Shown in pieces: positions 43,014 through 58,560 of a stretch of DNA of 64,000 nt. Source of the stretch: Eledone cirrhosa (Eukaryota); assembly GCA_964016885.1 (NCBI GenBank), contig OZ024740.1, positions 319,052,001 to 319,116,000 on the forward strand, in the 5' to 3' direction. The notes beneath the pieces were generated by a model. It had not been told where the DNA came from, did no database searches, and worked only from the letters and a program-made list of their open reading frames with translations. Position 1 is the first letter of the stretch, and each line of letters begins with the position of its first letter. A program made the position numbers and the translations under genes.

Positions 43014-46000
43014 CTCTATTTCCACAACTTACATTCTATCTCACATTCTAACGAGTCTACCAATTCGCTGTATTTCTACTACAATACTCATAACAAATAA
43101 TCCAGGATTGTCTCGTCTATTTCCACAACTTTCATTCTATCTGACATACTAACGACTCTACCAATTCGCTGTATTTCTACTACAATACTAACTTCAAATA
43201 ATCCAGGATTGTATCGGCTATTTCCACAACTTACATTCTATCTGACATTCTAACGACTCTACCAATTCGCTGTCTTTCTACTACAATACAAACAACAAAT
43301 AATCTAGGATTGTCTCGTCTATTTCCACAACTTACATTCTATCTCATATTCGAACGACTCTACCAATTCGAAGTCTTTCTACTACAATACTAACAACAAA
43401 TAATCTAGGATTGTCTCGTCTATTTCCACAACTTACATTCTATCTGACATTCTAACGACTCTAACAATTCGAAGTCTTTCTGCTACAATACTAACGTCAA
43501 ATAATCCAGGATTGTCTCGTCCATTTCCACAACTTACATTCTACCTGACATTCTAACGACTCTACCAATTCGAAGTCTTTCTACTACAATACTAACATTA
43601 AATAATCCAGGATTGTCTCTTCTATTTCCACAACTTACATTCTATCTGACATTCTAACGACTCTACCAATTCGAAGTCTTTCTACTACAATACTCACAAC
43701 AAATAATCCAGGATTGTCTCGTCTATCTCCAGACCTTACATTCTATCTGACATTCTAACGACTCTACCAGTTCGCTGTATTTCTACTACAATACTAACTT
43801 CAAATAATCCAGGATTGTCTCGTCTACTTCCACAACTTACATTGTATCTGATATTCTAACGACTCTTCCATTTCGAAGACTTTCTACTACAATACTCACA
43901 ACAAATAATCCAGGATTGTCTCGTCTATTTCCACAACTTACATTCTATCTGGCATTCTAATGACTCTACCAATTCGCTGTCTTTCTACTACAATACTCAC
44001 AACAAATTATCCATATTGTCTCGTCTATTTCCACAACTTACATTCTATCTGACATTCAAACGACTCTATCAATTCGAAGTCTTTCTACTACAATACTAAC
44101 GTCAAATAATCCAGGATTGTCTCGTCTATTTCCACAACTTACTTTCTATCTGACATTCTAACGACTCTACCAATTCGAAGTCTTTCTACTACAATACTCA
44201 CAACAAATATTCCAGGATTGTCTCGTCTATTTCCACAACTTACATTCTATCTGACATTCTAACGACTCTACCAATTCGAAGTCTTTCTACTACAAAACTT
44301 ACTTTAAATAATCCAGGATTGTCTCGTCTATTTCCACAACTTACATTCTATCTGATATTCTAACGACTCTACCAATTCGATGTGTTTCTACTACAATACT
44401 CACAACAAATAATCCAGGATTGTCTCGTCTATCTCCAGACCTTACATTCTATCTGACATTCTAACAACTCTAGCAGTTCGCTGTATTTCTACTACAATAC
44501 TAACTTCAAATAATCCAGGATTGTCTCGTCTATTTCCACAACTTACATTCTATCTGACATACTAACGACTCTACCCATTCGCTGTATTTCTACTACAATA
44601 CTAACTTCAAATAACCCAGGATTGTCTCGTCTACTTCCACAACTTACATTGTATCTGATATTCTAACGACTCTACCAATTCGAAGACTTTCTACTACAAT
44701 ACTCACAACAAATAATCCAGGATTGTCTCGTCTATTTCCACAACTTACATTCTATCTGGCATTCTAATGACTCTACCAATTCGCTGTCTTTCTACTACAC
44801 TACTCACGACAAATAATCCAGGATTGTCTCATCTATTTCCACAACTTACATTCTATCTGACATTCTAACGACTCTACCAATTCGATGTGTTTCTACTACA
44901 ATACTCACAACAAATAATCCAGGATTGTCTCGTCTATCTCCAGACCTTACATTCTATCTGACATTCTAACAACTCTAGCAGTTCGCTGTATTTCTACTAC
45001 AATACTAACTTCAAATAATCCAGGATTGTCTCGTCTATTTCCACAACTTACATTCTATCTGATATTCTAACGACTCTACCAATTCGAAGTCTTTCTACTA
45101 CAATATTCACAACAAATATTCCAGGATTGTCTCGTCTATTTCCACAACTTACATTCTATCTGACATACTAACGACTCTACCAATTCGAAGTCTTTCTACT
45201 ACAATACTAACTTTAAACAATCCAGGATTGTCTCCTCTATTTCCACATCTTACATTCTATCTGACATTGAAACGACTCTACCAATTCGATGTCTTTGTAC
45301 TACAATACTCACAAAAAAATAATCCAGGATTGTATCGTCTATTTCCACAACTTACATTCTATCTGACATTCTAACGACTCTACCAATTCGCTGTATTTCT
45401 ACTACAATACTAACTTCAATTAGTCCAGGATTGACTCATCTATTTCCACAACTTACATTATATCTGATATTCGAAAGACTCTACCAATTAGAAGTCTTTC
45501 TACTACAATACTAACAACAAATAATCCAGGATTGTCTCGTCTATTTCCACAACTTACATTCTATCTGACATTCTAACGACTCTACCAATTCGATGTGTTT
45601 CTACTACAATAGTCACAACAAATAATCCAGGATTGTCTCGTCTATCTCCAGACCTTACATTCTATCTGACATTCTAACGACTCTACCAGTTTGCTGTATT
45701 TCTATTACAATACTAACTTCAAATAATCCAGGATTGTCCCGTCTATTTCCACAACTTACATTCTATCTGACATTCAAACGACTCTACCAATTCGAAGTCT
45801 TTCTCCTACAATACTAACGTCAAATAATCCAGGATTGTCTCCTCTATTTCCACACCTTACATTCTATCTGACATTCTAACGACTCTACCAATTCGATGTC
45901 TTTCTACTACAATACTCACAACAAATAATCCAGGATTGTATCGTCTATTTCTACAACTTACATTCTATCTGACATTCTAACGACTCTATCAATTCGAAGT

Positions 46001-49000
46001 CTTTCTACTACAATACTAACGTCAAATAATCCAGGATTGTCTCGTCTATTTCCACAACTTACTTTCTATCTGACATTCTAACGACTCTAACAATTCGAAG
46101 TCTTTCTACTACAATACTCACAACAAATATTCCAGGATTGTCTCGTCTATTTCCACAACTTACATTCTATCTGACATTCTAACGACTCTACCAATTCGAA
46201 GTCTTTCTACTACAATACTAACAACAAATAATCTAGGATTGTCTCATCTATCTCCACAACTTACATTTTCTCTGACATTCTAACGACTCTACCAATTCGA
46301 AGTCTTTCTACTACAATACTCACAACAAATAATCCAGGATTGTCTCGTCTATTTCCACAACATACATTCTATCTGACATTCTAACGACTCTACCAATTCG
46401 AAGTCTTTCTACTACAATACTAACAACAAATAATCTGGGATTGTCTCGTCTATTTCCACAACTTACATTCTATCTGACATTCTAACGACTCTACCCATTC
46501 GCTGTATTTCTACTACAATACTAACTTCAAATAATCCAGGATTGTCTCCTCTATTTCCACAACTTACATTCTATCTCACATTCTAACGAGTCTACCAATT
46601 CGCTGTATTTCTACTACAATACTCACAACAAATAATCCATATTGTCTCGTCTATTTCCACAACTTACATTCTATCTGACATTCAAACGACTCTATCAATT
46701 CGAAGTCTTTCTACTACAATACTAACGTCAAATAATCCAGGATCGTCTCGTCTATTTCCACAACTTACATTTTCTCTGACATTCTAACGACTCTACCAAT
46801 TGGAAGCCTTTCTACTACAATACTAACGTCAAATAATCCAGGATTGTCTCGTCTATTTCCACAACTTACATTCTATCTGACATTCTAACGACTCTACCAA
46901 TTTGAAGTCTTTCTACTACAATACTAACAACAAATAATCTTGGATTGTCTCGTCTATTTCCACAACTTACATTCTATCTGACATTCTAACGACTCTAACA
47001 ATTCGAAGTCTTTCTGCTACAATACAAACGTCAAATAATCCAGGATTGTCTCGTCCATTTCCACAACTTACATTCTAACTGACATTCTAACGACTCTACC
47101 AATTCGAAGTCTTTCTACTACAATACTAACATTAAATAATCCAGGATTGTCTCGTCTATTTCCACAACTTACATTTTCTCTGACATTCTAACGACTCTAC
47201 CAATTCGAAGTCTTTCTACTACGATACTCACAACAAATAATCCAGGATTGTCTCGTCTATTTCCACAACTTACATTCTATCTGACATTCTAACGACTCTA
47301 CCAATTCGAAGTCTTTCTACTACAATACTAACAACAAATAATCTAGGATTGTCTCGTCTATTTCCACAACTTACATTCTATCTGACATTCTAACGACTCT
47401 AACAATTCGAAGTCTTTCTGCTACAATACTAACGTCAAATAATCCAGGATTGTCTCGTCCATTTCCACAACTTACATTCTACCTGACATTCTAACGACTC
47501 TACCAATTCGAAGTCTTTCTACTACAATACTAACATTAAATAATCCCGGATTGTCTCTTCTATTTCCACAACTTACATTCTATCTGACATTCTAACGACT
47601 CTACCAATTCGATGTGTTTCTACTACAATACTCACAACAAATAATCCAGGATTGTCTCGTCTATCTCCAGACCTTACATTCTATCTGACATTCTAACGAC
47701 TCTACCAGTTGGCTGTATTTCTACTACAATACTAACTTCAAATAATCCAGGATTGTCTCGTCTATTTCCACAACTTACATTCTATCTGACATACTAACGA
47801 CTCTACCCATTCGCTGTATTTCTACTACAATACTAACTTCAAATAATCCAGGACTGTCTCGTCTACTTCCACAACTTACATTGTATCTGATATTCTAACG
47901 ACTCTACCAATTCGAAGACTTTCTACTACAATACTCACAACAAATAATCCAGGATTGTCTCGTCTATTTCCACAACTTACATTCTATCTGGCATTCTAAT
48001 GACTCTACCAATTCGCTGTCTTTCTACTACACTACTCACGACAAATAATCCAGGATTGTCTCATCTATTTCCACAACTTACATTCTATCTGACATTCTAA
48101 CGACTCTACCAATTCGATGTGTTTCTACTACAATACTCACAACAAATAATCCAGGATTGTCTCGTCTATCTCCAGACCTTACATTCTATCTGACATTCTA
48201 ACAACTCTACCAGTTCGCTGTATTTCTACTACAATACTAACTTCAAATAATCCAGGATAGTCTCGTCTATTTCCACAACTTACATTCTATCTGACATTCA
48301 AACGACTCTACCAATTCGAAGTCTTTCTACTACAATACTAACGTCAAATAATCCAGGATTGTCTCCTCTATTTCCACAACTTACATTATATCTGACATTC
48401 TAACGACTCTACCAATTCGCTGTATTTCTACTACAATACTAACTTCAAATAATCCAGGATTGTCTCGTCTATTTCCACAACTTACATTCTATCTGATATT
48501 CTAACGACTCTACCAATTCGAAGTCTTTCTACTACAATATTCACAACAAATATTCCAGGATTGTCTCGTCTATTTCCACAACTTACATTCTATCTGACAT
48601 ACTAACGACTCTACCAATTCGAAGTCTTTCTACTACAATACTAACTTTAAACAATCCAGGATTGTCTCCTCTATTTCCACATCTTACATTCTATCTGACA
48701 TTGAAACGACTCTACCAATTCGATGTCTTTGTACTACAATACTCACAAAAAAATAATCCAGGATTGTATCGTCTATTTCCACAACTTACATTCTATCTGA
48801 CATTCTAACGACTCTACCCATTCGCTGTATTTCTACTACAATACTAACTTCAAATAATCCAGGATTGTCTCCTCTATTTCCACAACTTACATTCTATCTC
48901 ACATTCTAACGAGTCTACCAATTCGCTGTATTTCTACTACAATACTCACAACAAATAAACCAGGATTGTCTCGTCTATTTCCACAACTTACATTCTATCT

Positions 49001-52000
49001 GACATACTAACGACTCTACCAATTCGCTGTATTTCTACTACAATACTAACTTCAAATAATCCAGGATAGTATCGGCTATTTCCACAACTTACATTCTATC
49101 TGACATTCTAACGACTCTACCAATTCGCTGTCTTTCTACTACAATACTAACAACAAATAATCTAGGATTGTCTCGTCTATTTCCACAACTTACATTCTAT
49201 CTCATATTCGAACGACTCTACCAATTCGAAGTCTTTCTACTACAATACTAACAACAAATAATCTAGGATTGTCTCGTCTATTTCCACAACTTACATTCTA
49301 TCTGACATTCTAACGACTCTACCAATTCGATGTGTTTCTACTACAATACTCACAACAAATAATCCAGGATTGTCTCGTCTATCTCCAGACCTTACATTCT
49401 ATCTGACATTCTAACAACTCTACCAGTTCGCTGTATTTCTACTACAATACTCACAACAAATAATCCATATTGTCTCGTCTATTTCGACAACTTACATTCT
49501 ATCTGATATTCTAACGACTCTACCCATTCGCTGTATTTCTACTACAATACTAACTTCAAATAATCCATGATTGTCTCGTCTACTTCCACAACTTACATTG
49601 TATCTGATATTCTAACGACTCTACCAATTCGAAGACTTTCTACTACAATACTCACAACAAATAATCCAGGATTGTCTCGTCTATTTCCACAACTTACATT
49701 CTATCTGACATTCAAACGACTCTATCAATTCGAAGTCTTTCTACTACAATACTAACGTCAAATAATCCAGGATTGTCTCGTCTATTTCCACAACTTACTT
49801 TCTATCTGACATTCTAACGACTCTACCAATTCGAAGTCTTTCTACTACAATACTCACAACAAATATTCCAGGATTGTCTCGTCTATTTCCACAACTTACA
49901 TTCTATCTGACATTCTAACGATCTACCAATTCGAAGTCTTTCTACTACAAAACTAACTTTAAATAATCCAGGATTGTCTCGTCTATTTCCACAACTTACA
50001 TTCTATCTGACATTCTAACGACTCTACCAATTCGATGTGTTTCTACTACAATACTAACTTCAAATAATCCAGGATTGTCTCGTCTATTTCCACAACTTAC
50101 ATTCTATCTGACATACTAACGACTCTACCCATTCGCTGTATTTCTACTACAATACTAACTTCAAATAATCCAGGATTGTCTCGTCTACTTCCACAACTTA
50201 CATTGTATCTGATATTCTAACGACTCTACCAATTCGAAGACTTTCTACTACAATACTCACAACAAATAATCCAGGATTGTCTCGTCTATTTCCACAACTT
50301 ACATTCTATCTGGCATTCTAATGACTCTACCAATTCGCTGTCTTTCTACTACACTACTCACGACAAATAATCCAGGATTGTCTCATCTATTTCCACAACT
50401 TACATTCTATCTGACATTCTAACGACTCTACCAATTCGATGTGTTTCTACTACAATACTCACAACAAATAATCCAGGATTGTCTCGTCTATCTCCACAAC
50501 TTACATTCTATCTGACATTCTAACGACTCTACCAATTCGATGTGTTTCTACTACAATACTCACAACAAATAAACCAGGATTGTCTCGTCTATCTCCAGAC
50601 CTTACATTCTATCTGACATTCTAACGACTCTACCAGTTCGCTGTATTTCTACTACAATGCTAACTTCAAATAATCCAGGATTGTCTCGTCTATTTCCACA
50701 ACTTACATTCTATCTGATATTCTAACGACTCTACCCATTCGCTGTATTTCTACTACAATACTAACTTCAAATAATCCAGGATTGTCTCGTCTACTTCCAC
50801 AACTTACATTGTATCTGATATTCTAACGACTCTTCCATTTCGAAGACTTTCTACTACAATACTCACAACAAATAATCCAGGATTGTCTCGTCTATTTCCA
50901 CAACTTACATTCTATCTGGCATTCTAATGACTCTACCAATTCGCTGTCTTTCTACTACAATACTCACAACAAATAATCCATATTGTCTCGTCTATTTCCA
51001 CAACTTACATTCTATCTGACATTCAAACGACTCTAACAATTCGAAGTCTTTCTACTACAATACTAACGTCAAATAATCCAGGATTGTCTCGTCTATTTCC
51101 ACAACTTACTTTCTATCTGACATTCTAACGACTCTACCAATTCGAAGTCTTTCTACTACAATACTCACAACAAATATTCCAGGATTGTCTCGTCTATTTC
51201 CACAACTTACATTCTATCTGACATTCTAACGACTCTACCAATTCGATGTGTTTCTACTACAATACTCACAACAAATAATCCAGGATTGTCTCGTCTATCT
51301 CCAGACCTTATATTCTATCTGACATTCTAACGACTCTACCAGTTGGCTGTATTTCTACTACAATACTAACTTCAAATAATCCAGGATTGTCTCGTCTATT
51401 TCCACAACTTACATTCTATCTGACATGCTAACGACTCTACCCATTCGCTGTATTTCTACTACAATACTAACTTCAAATAATCCAGGATTGTCTCGTCTAC
51501 TTCCACAACTTACATTGTATCTGATATTCTAACGACTCTACCAATTCGAAGACTTTCTACTACAATACTCACAACAAATAATCCAGGATTGTCTCGTCTA
51601 TTTCCACAACTTACATTCTATCTGGCATTCTAATGACTCTACCAATTCGCTGTCTTTCTACTACACTACTCACGACAAATAATCCAGGATTGTCTCATCT
51701 ATTTCCACAACTTACATTCTATCTGACATTCTAACGACTCTACCAATTCGATGTGTTTCTACTACAATACTCACAACAAATAATCCAGGATTGTCTCGTC
51801 TATCTCCAGACCTTACATTCTATCTGACATTCTAACGACTCTACCAATTCGAAGTCTTTCTACTACAATACTAACGTCAAATAATCCAGGATCGTCTCCT
51901 CTATTTCTACAACTTACATTCTATCTGACATTCTAACGACTCTACCAATTCGCTGTATTTCTACTACAATACTAACTTCAAATAATCCAGGATTGTCTCG

Positions 52001-54529
52001 TCTATTTCCACAACTTACATTCTATCTGATATTCTAACGACTCTACCAATTCGAAGTCTTTCTACTACAATATTCACAACAAATATTCCAGGATTGTCTC
52101 GTCTATTTCCACAACTTACATTCTATCTGACATACTAACGACTCTACCAATTCGAAGTCTTTCTACTACAATACTAACTTTAAACAATCCAGGATTGTCT
52201 CCTCTATTTCCACATCTTACATTCTATCTGACATTGAAACGACTCTACCAATTCGATGTCTTTGTACTACAATACTCACAAAAAAATAATCCAGGATTGT
52301 ATCGTCTATTTCCACAACTTACATTTATCTGACATTCTAACGACTCTACCAATTCGCTGTATTTCTACTACAATACTAACTTCAATTAGTCCAGGATTGA
52401 CTCATCTATTTCCACAACTTACATTATATCTGATATTCGAAAGACTCTACCAATTAGAAGTCTTTCTACTACAATACTAACAACAAATAATCCAGGATTG
52501 TCTCGTCTATTTCCACAACTTACATTCTATCTGACATTCTAACGACTCTACCAATTCGAAGTTTTTCTACTACAATACTCACAACAAATAATCCAGGATT
52601 GTCTCATCTATTTCCACAACTTACATTCTATCTGACATTCTAACGACTCTTCCAATTCGATGTGTTTCTACTACAATAGTCACAACAAATAATCCAGGAT
52701 TGTCTCGTCTATCTCCAGACCTTACATTCTATCTGACATTCTAATGACTCTACCAGTTTGCTGTATTTCTATTACAATACTAACTTCAAATAATCCAGGA
52801 TTGTCCCGTCTATTTCCACAACTTACATTCTATCTGACATTCAAACGACTCTACCAATTCGAAGTCTTTCTCCTACAATACTAACGTCAAATAATCCAGG
52901 ATTGTCTCCTCTATTTCCACAACTTACATTCTATCTGACATTCTAACGACTCTACCAATTCGATGTCTTTCTACTACAATACTCACAACAAATAATCCAG
53001 GATTGTATCGTCTATTTCTACAACTTACATTCTATCTGACATTCTAACGACTCTATCAATTCGAAGTCTTTCTACTACAATACTAACGTCAAATATTCCA
53101 GGATTGTCTCGTCTATTTCCACAACTTACTTTCTATCTGACATTCTAACGACTCTACCCATTCGCTGTATTTCTACTACAACACTAACTTCAAATAATCC
53201 AGGATTGTCTCCTCTATTTCCACAACTTACATTCTATCTCACATGCTAACGACTCTACCAATTCGCTGTATTTCTACTACAATACTCACAACAAATAAAC
53301 CAGGATAGTATCGGCGATTTCCACAACTTACATTCTATCTGACATTCTAACGACTCTACCAATTCGCTGTCTTTCTACTACAATACTAACAACAAATAAT
53401 CTAGGATTGTCTCGTCTATTTCCACAACTTACATTCTATCTGACATTCTAAGGACTCTACCAATTCGATGTGTTTCTACTACAATACTCACAACAAATAA
53501 TCCAGGATTGTCTCGTCGATCTCCAGACCTTACATTCTATCTGACATTCTAACGACTCTACCAGTTCGCTGTATTTCTACTACAATACTAACTTCAAATA
53601 ATCCAGGATTGTCTCGTCTATTTCCACAACTTACATTTTATCTGATATTCTAACGACTCTACCCATTCGCTGTATTTCTACTACAATACTAACTTCAAAT
53701 AATCCAGGATTGTCTCGTCTACTTCCACAACTTACATTGTATCTGATATTCTAACGACTCTACCAATTCGAAGACTTTCTACTACAATACTCACAACAAA
53801 TAATCCAGGATTGTCTCGTCTATTTCCACAACTTACATTCTATCTGACATTCAAACGACTCTATCAATTCGAAGTCTTTCTACTACAATACTAACGTCAA
53901 ATAATCCAGGATTGTCTCGTCTATTTCCACAACTTACTTTCTATCTGACATTCTAACGACTCTACCAATTCGAAGTCTTTCTACTACAATACTCACAACA
54001 AATAATCCATATTGTCTCGTCTATTTCCACAACTTACATTCTATCTGACATTCAAACGACTCTATCAATTCGAAGTCTTTCTACTACAATACTAACTTCA
54101 AATAATCCAGGATTGTCTCGTCTATTTCCACAACTTACATTCTATCTGACATACTAACGACTCTACCCATTCGCTGTATTTCTACTACAATACTAACTTC
54201 AAATAATCCAGGATTGTCTCGTCTACTTCCACAACTTACATTGTATCTGATATTCTAACGACTCTACCAATTCGAAGACTTTCTACTACAATACTCACAA
54301 CAAATAATCCAGGATTGTCTCGTCTATTTCCACAACTTACATTCTATCTGGCATTCTAATGACTCTACCAATTCGCTGTCTTTCTACTACACTACTCACG
54401 ACAAATAATCCAGGATTGTCTCATCTATTTCCACAACTTACATTGTATCTGACATTCTAACGACTCTACCCATTCGCTGTATTTCTACTACAACACTAAC
54501 TTCAAATAATCCAGGATTGTCTCCTCTAT

Positions 54530-57500
54530 TTCCACAACTTACATTCTATCTCACATTCTAACGACTCTACCAATTCGCTGTATTTCTACTACAATACTCA
54601 CAACAAATAAACCAGGATAGTATCGGCTATTTCCACAACTTACATTCTATCTGACATTCTAACGACTCTACCAATTCGCTCTCTTTCTACTACAATACTA
54701 ACAACAAATAATCTAGGATTGTCTCGTCTATTTCCACAACTTACATTCTATCTCATATTCGAACGACTCTACCAATTCGAAGTCTTTCTACTACAATACT
54801 AACAACAAATAATCTAGGATTGTCTCGTCTATTTCCACAACTTACATTCTATCTGACATTCTAACGACTCTAACAATTCGAAGTCTTTCTGCTACAATAC
54901 TAACGTCAAATAATCCAGGATTGTCTCGTCCATTTCCACAACTTACATTCTACCTGACATTCTAACGACTCTACCAATTCGAAGTCTTTCTACTACAATA
55001 CTAACATTAAATAATCCAGGATTGTCTCGTCTATTTCCACAACTTACATTCTATCTGACATTCTAAGGACTCTACCAATTCGATGTGTTTCTACTACAAT
55101 ACTCACAACAAATAATCCAGGATTGTCTCGTCTATCTCCAGACCTTACATTCTATCTGACATTCTAACGACTCTACCAGTTCGCTGTATTTCTACTACAA
55201 TACTAACTTCAAATAATCCAGGATTGTCTCGTCTACTTCCACAACTTACATTCTATCTGACATTCTAATGACTCTACCGATTCGAAGACTTTCTACTACA
55301 ATACTCACAACAAATAATCCAGGATTGTCTCGTCTATTTCCACAACTTACATTCTATCTGGCATTCTAATGACTCTACCGATTCGCTGTCTTTCTACTAC
55401 AATACTCACAACAAATAATCCATATTGTCTCGTCTATTTCCACAACTTACATTCTATCTGACATTCAAACGACTCTATCAATTCGAAGTCCTTCTACTAC
55501 AATACTAACGTCAAATAATCCAGGATTGTCTCGTCTATTTCCACAACTTACTTTCTATCTGACATTCTAACGACTCTACCAATTCGAAGTCTTTCTACTA
55601 CAATACTCACAACAAATATTCCAGGATTGTCTCGTCTATTTCCACAACTTACATTCTATCTGACATTCTAACGATCTACCAATTCGAAGTCTTTCTACTA
55701 CAAAACTAACTTTAAATAATCCAGGATTGTCTCGTCTATTTCCACAACTTACATTCTATCTGACATTCAAACGACTCTACCAATTCGAAGTCTTTCTGCT
55801 ACAATACTAACGTCAAATAATCCAGGATTGTCTCCTCTATTTCTACAACTTACATTCTATCTGACATTCAAACCACTCTACCAATTCGCTGTATTTCTAC
55901 TACAATACTCACAACAAATAATCCAGGATTGTCTCATCTATTTCCACAACTTATATTCTATCTGACATTCTAACGACTCTACCAATTCGATGTGTTTCTA
56001 CTACAATAGTCACAACAAATAATCCAGGATTGTCTCGTCTATCTCCAGACCTTACATTCTATCTGACATTCTAACGACTCTACCAGTTTGCTGTATTTCT
56101 ATTACAATACTAACTTCAAATAATCCAGGATTGTCCCGTCTATTTCCACAACTTACATTCTATCTGACATTCAAACGACTCTACCAATTCGAAGTCTTTC
56201 TCCTACAATACTAACGTCAAATAATCCAGGATTGTCTCCTCTATTTCCACAACTTACATTCTATCTGACATTCTAACGACTCTACCAATTCGATGTCATT
56301 CTACTACAATACTCACAACAAATAATCCAGGATTGTATCGTCTATTTCTACAAGTTACATTCTATCTGACATTCTAACGACTCTATCAATTCGAAGTCTT
56401 TCTACTACAATACTAACGTCAAATATTCCAGGATTGTCTCGTCTATTTCCACAACTTACTTTCTATCTGACATTCTAACGACTCTACCAATTCGAAGTCT
56501 TTCTACTACAATACTCACGACAAATATTCCAGGATTGTCTCCTCTATTTCCACAACTTACATTCTATCTCACATTCTAACGACTCTACCAATTCGCTGTA
56601 TTTCTACTACAATACTCACAACAAATAAACCAGGATAGTATCGGCTATTTCCACAACTTACATTCTATCTGACATTCTAACGACTCTACCAATTCGCTGT
56701 CTTTCTACTACAATACTAACAACAAATAATCTAGGATTGTCTCGTCTATTTCCACAACTTACATTCTATCTAATATTCGAACGACTCTACCAATTCGAAG
56801 TCTTTCTACTACAATACTAACAACAAATAATCTAGGATTGTCTCGTCTATTTCCACAACTTACATTCTATCTGACATTCTAACGACTCTAACAATTCGAA
56901 GTCTTTCTGCTACAATACTAACGTCAAATAATCCAGGATTGTCTCGTCCATTTCCACAACTTACATTCTACCTGACATTCTAACGACTCTACCAATTCGA
57001 AGTCTTTCTACTACAATACTAACATTAAATAATCCAGGATTGTCTCGTCTATTTCCACAACTTACATTCTATCTGACATTCTAAGGACTCTACCAATTCG
57101 ATGTGTTTCTACTACAATACTCACAACAAATAATCCAGGATTGTCTCGTCTATCTCCAGACCTTACATTCTATCTGACATTCTAACGACTCTACCAGTTC
57201 GCTGTATTTCTACTACAATACTAACTTCAAATAATCCAGGATTGTCTCGTCTATTTCCACAACTTACATTTTATCTGATATTCTAACGACTCTACCCATT
57301 CGCTGTATTTCTACTACAATACTAACTTCAAATAATCCAGGATTGTCTCGTCTACTTCCACAACTTACATTGTATCTGATATTCTAACGACTCTACCAAT
57401 TCGAAGACTTTCTACTACAATACTCACAACAAATAATCCAGGATTGTCTCGTCTATTTCCACAACTTACATTGTATCTGATATTCTAACGACTCTACCAA

Positions 57501-58560
57501 TTCGAAGACTTTCTACTACAATACTCACAACAAATATTCCAGGATTGTCTCGTCTATTTCCACAACTTACATTCTATCTGGCATTCTAATGACTCTACCA
57601 ATTCGCTGTCTTTCTACTACAATACTCACAACAAATAATCCAGGATTGTCTCGTCTATTTCCACAACTTACATTCTATCTGACATTCAAACGACTCTATC
57701 AATTCGAAGTCTTTCTACTACAATACTACCGTCAAATAATCCAGGATTGTCTCGTCTATTTCCACAACTTACTTTCTATCTGACATTCTAACGACTCTAC
57801 CAATTCGAAGTCTTTCTACTACAATACTCACAACAAATATTCCAGGATTGTCTCGTCTATTTCCACAACTTACATTCTATCTGACATTCTAACGATCTAC
57901 CAATTCGAAGTCTTTCTACTACAAAACTAACTTTAAATAATCCAGGATTGTCTCGTCTATTTCCACAACTTACATTCTATCTGACATTCAAACGACTCTA
58001 TCAATTCGAAGTCTTTCTACTACAATACTACCGTCAAATAATCCAGGATTGTCTCCTCTATTTCTACAACTTACATTCTATCTGACATTCAAACCACTCT
58101 ACCAATTCGCTGTATTTCTACTACAATACTCACAACAAATAATCCAGGATTGTCTCATCTATTTCCACAACTTACATTCTATCTGACATTCTAACGACTC
58201 TACCAATTCGATGTGTTTCTACTACAATAGTCACAACAAATAATCCAGGATTGTCTCGTCTATCTCCAGACCTTACATTCTATCTGACATTCTAACGACT
58301 CTACCAGTTTGCTGTATTTCTATTACAATACTAACTTCAAATAATCCAGGATTGTCCCGTCTATTTCCACAACATACATTCTATCTGACATTCAAACGAC
58401 TCTACCAATTCGAAGTCTTTCTCCTACAATACTAACGTCAAATATTCCAGGATTGTCTCCTCTATTTCCACAACTTACATTCTATCTGACATTCTAACGA
58501 CTCTACCAATTCGATGTCTTTCTACTACAATACTCACAACAAATAATCCAGGATTGTATC
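54530..58560. repeat. Tandem duplication of a 20- to 22-monomer unit (offset 2018, rising to 2221 after two extra monomers)
   Basis: TAAGGACTC at 55064/57082 (2018); deletion variant ACGATCTACC at 55671/57892 (2221); CAAACCACTC and AATAGTCAC (G at 56009/58230) shared. Confidence 0.85.

Noticed and set aside
49567-49755. 62-aa ORF (MIVSSTSTT...)
   Set aside because: Lies wholly within satellite monomers. The ATG arises from a CCAGG>CCATG variant and read-through from a TAA>AAA variant; there is no gene context.
52256-52480. 74-aa ORF (MSLYYNTHKK...)
   Set aside because: Open only because an A7 insertion and a private 1-bp deletion (~52325) happen to dodge the repeat's stops; sister copies of the block are closed.
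57589-57783. 64-aa ORF (MTLPIRCL...)
   Set aside because: Chance combination of repeat variants (ACG>ATG, TAA>AAA, TAA>TAC); the peptide is just successive frames of the monomer.
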